A DNA stretch of 64,000 bases from a virus. Its lineage: Duplodnaviria; Caudoviricetes. Both the position numbers and the translations under genes were made by a program. Where the stretch lies: IMG/VR virus record IMGVR_UViG_3300027898_000001; one strand, written 5' to 3'. This document shows positions 45,186 to 52,759 of the stretch, in pieces; the first letter of the stretch is position 1, and each line of letters starts with the position of its first letter. The notes under the pieces were generated by a model. It was given only the letters and a program-made list of their open reading frames with translations. It did not search any database and had not been told where the DNA came from.

Positions 45186-46115
45186 ATGGCAAATACAATA
45201 TTAGTTAAACGATCCGCAGTACAAAATAAAACACCTCTCGTGACAGATTTAAGTCTTGGTGAGTTCGCTATAAATACCTATGATGGTAAAGTGTATATCA
45301 AGAAAAACAATGGTGCAGACGCTATTGTAGATATTACTGCAAATCAAACAGTTACAATTTCTGGTGATGCAACTGGATCTGGTACAACTTCTATTACGAT
45401 GACGTTGGCTACAACAGGCGTAACAGCAGGTACTTATAACAACGTGACCGTCGACGCTAAGGGTAGAGTAACTTCAGGATCAAACACTTCTTATTTAACA
45501 GCAGTACCTGTAGCAACATCTTCTGCATTGGGTGGAGTTAAAGTAGGTACAAATATTGCAATAGCTGGAGATGGTACTATATCTGTACCAACATTACCGG
45601 CTAGTGCAGTAACAGGGCTTGCGACTGTTGCAACAACAGGTAACTTTTCGGATTTAAATGGAGCAACGAAAAATCTATTCGTTGCTAGTGTATCTACCAA
45701 TGCTGTTTACACCAATTTGAATACCTGGGTAGATCAAGCGCTAGATGTGGAATATATAAAAGATTCGGCATTCACACACTCTACAACAACTACTAATAGC
45801 ATAGTTACTATAACAAAAGCGGGTCGCTATAGATTGACTGTACAGGCTAGTGCGTTTCGATCAACAGGGTCTAGTGTTAGTTGGGGATTGCGTATAGCGT
45901 CTGCCCCAACTTCTACTGGCACTTACACGCAATTGCAGTCAGCATCTGCCTACAGTATAGCGAATGCTGCGAGTATTTTGCAAAGTTGTATACTTGCCGA
46001 AGCTATTGTTTCCGTGACAGCAGGACAATCATTTAAAATACAAGGTGGACTAACGACAGTTGGTGGTGTAACTTTACCTCCAGCCTCATTCATTTTTACT
46101 ATTCAAGAGCTGTAA
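45186..46115 (+). CDS. fibre protein with jelly-roll-like (C1q/BclA-type) tip
   Basis: N-domain paralogous to 39046; C-terminal IVTITKAGRYRLTVQAS...AIVSVTAGQSFKI. Confidence 0.8.
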   Translation: MANTILVKRSAVQNKTPLVTDLSLGEFAINTYDGKVYIKKNNGADAIVDITANQTVTISGDATGSGTTSITMTLATTGVTAGTYNNVTVDAKGRVTSGSNTSYLTAVPVATSSALGGVKVGTNIAIAGDGTISVPTLPASAVTGLATVATTGNFSDLNGATKNLFVASVSTNAVYTNLNTWVDQALDVEYIKDSAFTHSTTTTNSIVTITKAGRYRLTVQASAFRSTGSSVSWGLRIASAPTSTGTYTQLQSASAYSIANAASILQSCILAEAIVSVTAGQSFKIQGGLTTVGGVTLPPASFIFTIQEL

Positions 46116-46117
46116 GT

Positions 46118-46792
46118 ATGTTATATATAATCTGGGATTCGGAAAATTCTACTGTTGTTGGAGATTCATTTGAACTCACAGTAGATCAAAGTTTATTAGA
46201 TGTTGATGTACGTATAACACAGAATATTTATCCGTACGTTATAACTCTACCTGATGGTTATAATGCTAATATGCACGATCATAGTCCTATGATATATACA
46301 TTAGCTAATGGTATAGTTACAGCCACATTTACTTATGTTTATAAATCTTTAAGTGAAGTGCAGACATACATCACTTCCTTGTTTACAGATTATCGTGACA
46401 ACTTATTTCTGAGTGGTTTCTATTACGGTGGTGCACACTTTCAATCGGATAAAGATTCGAGAGACAATTGGACAGCAGCAGTTACTATGATTGCAACAAC
46501 TGCTACTATCAATGGAATCACGGTAGATCAATTGAGTGCTCTTCCTGGATACCAAGAATGGACAAAGTATGACAATACAACAGCATACTTTAAACGTGCG
46601 GAATTAGTTCAATGCGGACTAGCTTTAGGTGCTTGGAGTAGTTCAGTTATTAGATTGTGTAGATTAAAGAAGAACCTAGTTTTAGCTGCAACTACACCTG
46701 ACGATGCGTGGAAAGTTTGGACATCAAATGTATTAACTGATTGGCCAAACAATGATTTCGGTAAGACGTTTGAGCTAACTCAACCTAATTAA
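46118..46792 (+). CDS. tail fibre assembly chaperone (DUF4376-like)
   Basis: Follows a fibre gene; YYGGAHFQSDKDSRDNWTAAV...WTKYDNT. Confidence 0.7.
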   Translation: MLYIIWDSENSTVVGDSFELTVDQSLLDVDVRITQNIYPYVITLPDGYNANMHDHSPMIYTLANGIVTATFTYVYKSLSEVQTYITSLFTDYRDNLFLSGFYYGGAHFQSDKDSRDNWTAAVTMIATTATINGITVDQLSALPGYQEWTKYDNTTAYFKRAELVQCGLALGAWSSSVIRLCRLKKNLVLAATTPDDAWKVWTSNVLTDWPNNDFGKTFELTQPN

Positions 46793-47203
46793 TCCCTCCA
46801 ATTTATTTAGATCCTTGTCATCATACTGCTCATCAATAATACCAGATTTAAGTAACATATTTTTAAATCTGGTATTATCTTTCTGAGCGAATCTCTTTGA
46901 CAATTCAGTTATCGAGTATTCCACATCTGGTACCCAACTTCCTTCAACTACATACCCATTTATATAAATGACTTCTACACGTTTCATTACATCTTTAAAC
47001 TGCTGACACAATGTTATCGTGACAAATAACTCTTTTGCAGATTTTAGAATACGGAATTCATAAAACACTATTTCACAAGTTGCGCTCTTTACAGGTGCGG
47101 ATAATGAAATAAGATTTTCGGTACGTACAGGCTTTAGGTTCAATTCTCGCGCTAATCTCTTTGTAAAATCAATTACTGTTTTGTTGTTCAGTATCTCAGA
47201 CAT
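46775..47203 (-). CDS. hypothetical protein
   Basis: 142 aa; convergent overlap with the chaperone gene. Confidence 0.7.
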   Translation of the reverse strand: MSEILNNKTVIDFTKRLARELNLKPVRTENLISLSAPVKSATCEIVFYEFRILKSAKELFVTITLCQQFKDVMKRVEVIYINGYVVEGSWVPDVEYSITELSKRFAQKDNTRFKNMLLKSGIIDEQYDDKDLNKLEGLIRLS

Positions 47204-48415
47204 TTACAAACTTCCTATAAACTTCTTAATATCTTTATTTAAGTTGGTGAATACAGTTTTCAATTCTTCGTTTGTTGGTTCGCTGCCTTGCAAAGCAGTG
47301 TATAGCATATTCATATTGCTAAGAATTCTTTCTAAGCTAGGCACTTCATTTATAATGTCAACTCTATCTTTAATATCAGTTACATTGCCTGCCAGCATTA
47401 TTTCATTTGCGGTCATGCACGATATTTGAATTGCTCGTGACCGCTGATACTTACTCAGAGGACTTTCTTTTATAACACAATCGCACAATTCATGGTAATC
47501 TTCCATTCGTATAGCAGAATGATTCTCACCTATAAATAGATTTCGCACATTGTACGTTAAACTACCGTAGTGACCATACGGATTAATAGCTGCGACAACA
47601 CTTGGAGCATCCACAGCTAAAATAATGTTGTTGTGATTCACATATACTTTTATTGCAGATACACGTAAACTTATTTTATGTTTTACCAACTTTACCGGAG
47701 TGCCTAATAGTTCTGAAATATTATCAGCACTATCTACAATTTGTGCAGACTTTATTTTCGCAGGTACTTCTTTTGATAATACCTTTATCTCTGCTTTCTT
47801 TGAAACATCTTCTGCTGATGCTGCTACTACAGCAACCACTGGCTGTTCTTGGCATATTTTTGTTTCTATAGTTTCAGGCACTTTAACTGGCATTTCTTTT
47901 ACAGGATCATCTTCCCGTAATTTTCTTTGAAATGTATTCCATGATTTCTTAACGGCCTCACTAGGTGATTCTTTCTTTTCTGGTTGTACAGATGCTTCAA
48001 AGAATTTCTTAGCATTCTCCACATGTACATCGCGTATAACTTCTTTAACCATACATTCTGGTGCTGTTGGACGTTGTACATTTTTCTTAGGTGTTTTTAG
48101 TGTACGTAACATATCCTCTATCTCCTGTATTCTTGTTTTGTCTGGCCGCATTGTACTTAGTTTCTCTATAAACGCATCTAAATAGTCTACGTCATACATA
48201 AACACAGTCATAGCCGCACCTGCTTGTTCCTCTAAACAATTATCCAGCTCGCGCATAATAAAGATTTCTGCTGCGCCTTGTGAGCAACTGCATACGTACC
48301 TGATTATCGCTGCGGCCGAAATATATTTAGTTCCAGAGTCCTTATCTAAGTATATAATAAAACTCTTACCTGAAGCTAATTGCAGTTTTTCTTGTTCGTA
48401 ATTAGTTATGCTCAT
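47204..48415 (-). CDS. hypothetical protein (403 aa)
   Basis: MSITNYEQ reads from CAT at 48413-48415 on the minus strand (track says +); AGGA SD on minus. Confidence 0.8.
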   Translation of the reverse strand: MSITNYEQEKLQLASGKSFIIYLDKDSGTKYISAAAIIRYVCSCSQGAAEIFIMRELDNCLEEQAGAAMTVFMYDVDYLDAFIEKLSTMRPDKTRIQEIEDMLRTLKTPKKNVQRPTAPECMVKEVIRDVHVENAKKFFEASVQPEKKESPSEAVKKSWNTFQRKLREDDPVKEMPVKVPETIETKICQEQPVVAVVAASAEDVSKKAEIKVLSKEVPAKIKSAQIVDSADNISELLGTPVKLVKHKISLRVSAIKVYVNHNNIILAVDAPSVVAAINPYGHYGSLTYNVRNLFIGENHSAIRMEDYHELCDCVIKESPLSKYQRSRAIQISCMTANEIMLAGNVTDIKDRVDIINEVPSLERILSNMNMLYTALQGSEPTNEELKTVFTNLNKDIKKFIGSL

Positions 48416-48442
48416 TGTGTTATCCTAAAAAGACATCCGTGT

Positions 48443-48451
48443 CATTAAATT
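48443..48451 (-). promoter_or_regulatory. candidate promoter motif TAATTTAAT (minus strand)
   Basis: 36 nt before the minus-strand ATG at 48415. Confidence 0.4.
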
Positions 48452-48459
48452 AAATCAAA

Positions 48460-49707
48460 CTAAATTGCCATAGGTGTAGGGTTTTCTAACTTGCCTTTAT
48501 TCTTGTAACCAACAAACTTATAGTCGTCCGCAGTAGAGTTTTCTAAATCTTCCAATGTTTTGATGATAGGGTTAATTAAGAAACGTCCTCTGTTTTCTTC
48601 ATGAGGACCGCGTTCGATTTGCTCTCTAGCTGCATCCAAGTGTGTAACATAAATATGCGTATCACCAGTAAGATAAAATAAACTGCCAGGTGCAGTGTTC
48701 GTCACACGTGCCATCTTGTTCAACATCATATCGTAGCTTGCGATATTGAATGGACTTCCCAATACAAAATCGGCACTTCTCTGAAACATGATTAAGTCTA
48801 AACGGTGTCTGGGTACGTTCAAACTGTCCAATACTTCGTGTGTGAAAACGTCCCTTGAGAAAGCAGCTTTTGACACATTTGAATATATCCAATCGCCAAA
48901 TACTGTTAATTCTTTCTGTCTTGAAAGTCTTTCATTTCCATACCATTCTACATCATGTGTAACTCTTGCGTGTAATGCTTGTACGCGCTCGTGTAACATC
49001 AATTCAGTACACAAGTATTGCTGCAATACATGACAAGCAGGTAAAGCTATTTGCTCCAACACTGCTGGATTCCAACCTAAAACTAAAACACGGCGGCTGT
49101 TAGGTGATTTAATGATAGTATCTACAGCGTTCTTCAATTGATCTACTTCACGATACAGTACAAACACCGTAACTTTCTTTGTATCCAATTGCTTTGAATA
49201 CGTACCATCTAGTCGGTACCCCAATTTGATGTAATGTCTAAACATCTTATGTTCTTGTTCTTGTTTTAACTGACGTTCAGTTGTTGCTGATATGGGTCCG
49301 CGATTAACATCATCTGCAATTAATTCTTCACACTCAAACAACACGGTATCTTTCCAGCGACGCCACTGAGCACCATAAATAGGACCTAGATCGTCTGTAC
49401 CTTTACGAAATGTATTACTCAACCAAGCATTTGGATTAACACCATGTTCGTTAGCATTCTCGTACCATACGTTACAACCAGCAGCGCCAAAATCGGCAGC
49501 ACTTGTTTTACCTTGAATGAAACAACGTAGTTCACCAAGAACACTTTTAAGTGGTAATGATTTACTAGATACTGCATTTAAAGTAGTGCCGTAGTTAGTG
49601 TTGTATTCTGTTAGATTAACTACTTTACCTAGTGTATCAACACCAGTTCTGTTTTCGCGCACAGGACACGTAAGTAATTCTTCGACTGTTTTTAAATATG
49701 CTTCCAC
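48460..49707 (-). CDS. thyA: thymidylate synthase with two long insertions
   Basis: ENRTGVDT, DLGPIYGAQWRRW, SRRVLVLGWNP, ALPACH, FQRSADFVLGSPFNIASY, GDTHIY. Confidence 0.95.
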   Translation of the reverse strand: MEAYLKTVEELLTCPVRENRTGVDTLGKVVNLTEYNTNYGTTLNAVSSKSLPLKSVLGELRCFIQGKTSAADFGAAGCNVWYENANEHGVNPNAWLSNTFRKGTDDLGPIYGAQWRRWKDTVLFECEELIADDVNRGPISATTERQLKQEQEHKMFRHYIKLGYRLDGTYSKQLDTKKVTVFVLYREVDQLKNAVDTIIKSPNSRRVLVLGWNPAVLEQIALPACHVLQQYLCTELMLHERVQALHARVTHDVEWYGNERLSRQKELTVFGDWIYSNVSKAAFSRDVFTHEVLDSLNVPRHRLDLIMFQRSADFVLGSPFNIASYDMMLNKMARVTNTAPGSLFYLTGDTHIYVTHLDAAREQIERGPHEENRGRFLINPIIKTLEDLENSTADDYKFVGYKNKGKLENPTPMAI

Positions 49708-49722
49708 GTACTTCTCCTAGAG

Positions 49723-50271
49723 TTATCTACTAAAGCCTTGAAGTTTTGTTAGTTCTGTTCCGTGTGCTGTCCAGAATCTCTTTACAAACTCCGCAAATTG
49801 ATTCTTTTCATTTTTATACGCAAGCTGTAGCCAATTTATTGCAGGTATTACGTTATCATCACGGAAATCAGCTATATACAATTTAAAAGAGTCACACTTT
49901 ATACTTTGATCTATAATCTTCTCGAAAAATTTGCTACGCGCACTTTGAGGTATTTGTGCAGTTGCTAACACAATATCAATGATTAAACTTGCACCAGGCT
50001 CATCCAAATTGTTATACGCTAGTTTGAATCCTACTTCCTTTGCAGCTTTTCTTTGCTCCATAGAAACACCATGCTTACCTGCCACATTCTGAGCAACCTC
50101 AGTCCATAGGTCGGGCAGTGTGCTACCTACAGCATCGTCATAGTCAACTCTACTGTAACTATCAATGAGATTGTGCAACGCATCTCGCAGTTGTTTCTGT
50201 GCGTACAATTGTTTAACGGATACCATTCTTTCTTGTGGAAGTTCTTTTGTTTCTTTCTGTGCTTTAGCCAT
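49723..50271 (-). CDS. hypothetical protein containing a PolA fingers (motif B)-like segment
   Basis: MAKAQKE reads on the minus strand (track says +); DLWTEVAQNVAG...SMEQRKAAKEVGFKLAYN. Confidence 0.75.
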   Translation of the reverse strand: MAKAQKETKELPQERMVSVKQLYAQKQLRDALHNLIDSYSRVDYDDAVGSTLPDLWTEVAQNVAGKHGVSMEQRKAAKEVGFKLAYNNLDEPGASLIIDIVLATAQIPQSARSKFFEKIIDQSIKCDSFKLYIADFRDDNVIPAINWLQLAYKNEKNQFAEFVKRFWTAHGTELTKLQGFSR

Positions 50272-50283
50272 ATAATATACCTT

Positions 50284-50535
50284 TTAAAATTCAGCGTTGT
50301 TTACGAAATCTTCATTCAAATTCAACATAGTGGCTTCCAATAACACAGATCGCACTTTGTTTTCTTTGAACCTCAATGAATGTGTTCTATCCTGATTATC
50401 TGCTTTCGCTACTTCTGTGTAGAAATTTTTACCTGCTTCCTGATAAGCCTTTTCTAGCTTACGAAACGCAATATAAAACTCTTTTTGTGTATCGTCTATT
50501 TTCTGGTTCGATTTTGATTTGGTTAGATCAAACAT
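50284..50535 (-). CDS. small hypothetical protein
   Basis: MFDLTK reads from CAT 50533-50535 on minus (track says +); AAGGAG SD on minus. Confidence 0.75.
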   Translation of the reverse strand: MFDLTKSKSNQKIDDTQKEFYIAFRKLEKAYQEAGKNFYTEVAKADNQDRTHSLRFKENKVRSVLLEATMLNLNEDFVNNAEF

Positions 50536-50557
50536 AGTATTTTCTCCTTGTACTATT

Positions 50558-50565
50558 TATTTACA
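50558..50565 (-). promoter_or_regulatory. candidate promoter motif TGTAAATA (minus strand)
   Basis: 30 nt before the minus-strand ATG at 50535. Confidence 0.45.
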
Positions 50566-50589
50566 GTTTTGCACCTATATTTTTCACGA

Positions 50590-50598
50590 TAATTTACA
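50590..50598 (+). promoter_or_regulatory. candidate promoter motif TAATTTACA
   Basis: 35 nt before ATG 50625 of the baseplate operon, which needs its own promoter because upstream genes diverge. Confidence 0.55.
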
Positions 50599-50624
50599 TG
50601 CACAAAACCTATTAGGAGAATTTC

Positions 50625-50921
50625 ATGTCATACGGTGCAGTTAGATTAGGTGCAGATTCTACGACTGGACACGGATGCTTTCCCCCAAGTAAAACAGCTA
50701 CTGGTAGTACGACTGTGTTCACCGACCAGATGCCTACAGTTCGTATGTCAGATCAATACGCTTTACATTGTTGTCCTGCTATGGGTTGTCACACACCTAC
50801 AGCTAGCCAAGGCAGTCAAACTACTTTCAGTGATGGTCTTGCAAAACATTTGATGATGCACCAATGTAGTTGTGGCGATAAAGCCGCTACTGGTTCAATG
50901 ACAACTTTCGCAGGATTCTAA
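50625..50921 (+). CDS. PAAR-like spike tip protein (gp5.4-like)
   Basis: AVRLGADSTTGHGCFPP...GSTTVF...PTVRMSD...GSQTTFSDG...CSCGD. Confidence 0.9.
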   Translation: MSYGAVRLGADSTTGHGCFPPSKTATGSTTVFTDQMPTVRMSDQYALHCCPAMGCHTPTASQGSQTTFSDGLAKHLMMHQCSCGDKAATGSMTTFAGF

Positions 50922-50925
50922 TATC

Positions 50926-51309
50926 ATGGCTGCAACATATTCCGATATATCATTTTCTATTGACTACGTTCCAAATGAAATAGTCGCAGATGCTGATGCT
51001 ATTAATCAAAACATAACTATTATATTTGACACACCAATAAGATCAAAGTGGTTTAGACCTAGAAATGGTTCTAATGTGAATCGTTGGTTATTTGACCCTA
51101 TTGATGATGTGACTGCTCAGAATATTAAACATGATATGGAACTAGCGTTATATAATAACCAAGAGTTTCGTGTACAATTCACAAGTATTGTGGTAATTCC
51201 TGATTACGACAATACGCAATATTATGTTGAGATACAGTATATAGCACCTGAATTAGAAAAACAAAATCAAACATTTGTATTTAACTTATCCAGAGGTATA
51301 GCATCGTGA
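50926..51309 (+). CDS. baseplate wedge protein gp25-like
   Basis: DADAINQNITIIFDTPIRSKWFRP..GSNVNRWLFDPID. Confidence 0.88.
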   Translation: MAATYSDISFSIDYVPNEIVADADAINQNITIIFDTPIRSKWFRPRNGSNVNRWLFDPIDDVTAQNIKHDMELALYNNQEFRVQFTSIVVIPDYDNTQYYVEIQYIAPELEKQNQTFVFNLSRGIAS

Positions 51310-52754
51310 CAGTAAGTAATGTTACTCCAGATTTCCAATTACTCTATGACCAACTGTCTGCCAAACTTGCGGCTAAACCTACTTGGATAGATACTTTACC
51401 TACTAGTGTTGGTACAACGATACTAGATTTGTTTGCAGGTAGTTCAGTATCGAACCAGTATTACATTGACGTTAGTTTACGTGAAGCGTTCTTACCCGTA
51501 GCGGTTAGAGATACGAGTATATTCGCAGGCACGCGAATGTTAGGTGTAAATATCGCTAGAAAGACCTGCGCTAGCCTAACAGCCGAACTGTCGAATTATA
51601 GTACATCAACGAAGTATGTACCGCCTTACACACAATTCGACGTTAATGGTGTTCAAGCATTCGTTCGATCACAGTATGTTATACCGCCAGGTCAAACAAT
51701 TTCAAATGTTAATATGTACGTAGGTACGTATGCGGAACAGACCATTTCTTTAGCAGATATGACAGACCTGGCACTCAAAGAGTTCTTTCTCAATGAGCCG
51801 GGTTTTGTCGTTTCTGAGGCGGACTTGTTAGTATTCACACGTAATAGAAACACAGGCTCAGTTACATCTTGGACTAAAACAGATAAAGCTATTTTTGAAC
51901 ATACTGCTGACGATACTGTTTATTTTGGTAGTACAACAAGGGATGGTGATGTTAGCCTATTCTTTGGTGATGGTCAATTCGGTAAAGCATTATCTTTGGA
52001 AGAAGACCTAATTATTCAGTACGCTAAAACAACAGGTGCTGCTGGTAATGTAGGTCTACCTGGTCTTGCCATTAAACAAGTTTCAGATACTAGTGTTAAG
52101 GGTAAATCTATTTCTGCAATTGCAGGTGGTTCAGATGAGAAAAACTCACTGTACTATAAGATGTTTGCACCTAACATGGCTCGTACTAAACGCCGCAGTA
52201 TTTCTACAGCAGATATTCGCAGCACTATAATGGGTATCGCAGGTGTAGCCGATTGTGCTACATTCGGTCAACGCGATATAGCACCAAATGACTATCGTTG
52301 GATGAATACAATTCGTATATGTTTACTTCCTGAAAACGATGATGTGTTTGGCGGTACTAATCCAAATCCCAAGTCGGCTGCGTGGCAGTCTATTCTTGAT
52401 GTGCTACGTCCAATGTTGCATGACGCTTATAATATCCAGACTTGGAACCCATCTAAGTTGTTTGTTAATGTTAAAGTGCGTATTGCACTATTGCCTACAG
52501 CATTGGATGGTGAAGTACAGATTGCAGCTGCGGAAGCTATATTGAAATTGTTTAAGAAGAAACCAGGTATCTTAGGACGCAGATTGTCGCAGTCAGATAT
52601 TATGGGCGCAATAAAAGGTATTAAAGGTGTAGATTATGTTATTGTAGACAGCCCCATAGAAGAAGTTATTCCATCTGACGCCACATCCTATGTTGTGTTA
52701 AACGGTATTCCAGACATTTCTACGTTCTATTCTGAGCGTTCACTCTCGGTGTAA
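51306..52754 (+). CDS. baseplate wedge protein gp6/J-like
   Basis: REAFLPVA, FFGDGQFGKAL, YAKTTGAAGN, IAGGSDE, RRSISTADI. Confidence 0.88.
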   Translation: MTVSNVTPDFQLLYDQLSAKLAAKPTWIDTLPTSVGTTILDLFAGSSVSNQYYIDVSLREAFLPVAVRDTSIFAGTRMLGVNIARKTCASLTAELSNYSTSTKYVPPYTQFDVNGVQAFVRSQYVIPPGQTISNVNMYVGTYAEQTISLADMTDLALKEFFLNEPGFVVSEADLLVFTRNRNTGSVTSWTKTDKAIFEHTADDTVYFGSTTRDGDVSLFFGDGQFGKALSLEEDLIIQYAKTTGAAGNVGLPGLAIKQVSDTSVKGKSISAIAGGSDEKNSLYYKMFAPNMARTKRRSISTADIRSTIMGIAGVADCATFGQRDIAPNDYRWMNTIRICLLPENDDVFGGTNPNPKSAAWQSILDVLRPMLHDAYNIQTWNPSKLFVNVKVRIALLPTALDGEVQIAAAEAILKLFKKKPGILGRRLSQSDIMGAIKGIKGVDYVIVDSPIEEVIPSDATSYVVLNGIPDISTFYSERSLSV

Positions 52755-52759
52755 TAAAA

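Noticed and set aside
39046-46115. Diversity-generating retroelement or invertible fibre cassette
   Set aside because: No RT, no template/variable repeat pair with adenine-specific mismatches, no recombinase and no inverted crossover sites seen
48460-49707. Hypermodified-base enzyme (dCMP hydroxymethylase type), or intein/intron in thyA
   Set aside because: The dUMP-selecting Asn is retained; the inserts are in frame without intein splice residues or group I features
47204-50535. + strand labels in the ORF track for 47204-48415, 49723-50271 and 50284-50535
   Set aside because: The listed proteins translate from the reverse complement (CAT at 48413-48415, 50269-50271, 50533-50535, with SD motifs on minus); reported as minus
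50542-50620. TTCTCCT/AGGAGAA inverted repeat as a regulatory hairpin
   Set aside because: It is simply the two Shine-Dalgarno sequences of divergent genes; no transcript is expected to span both
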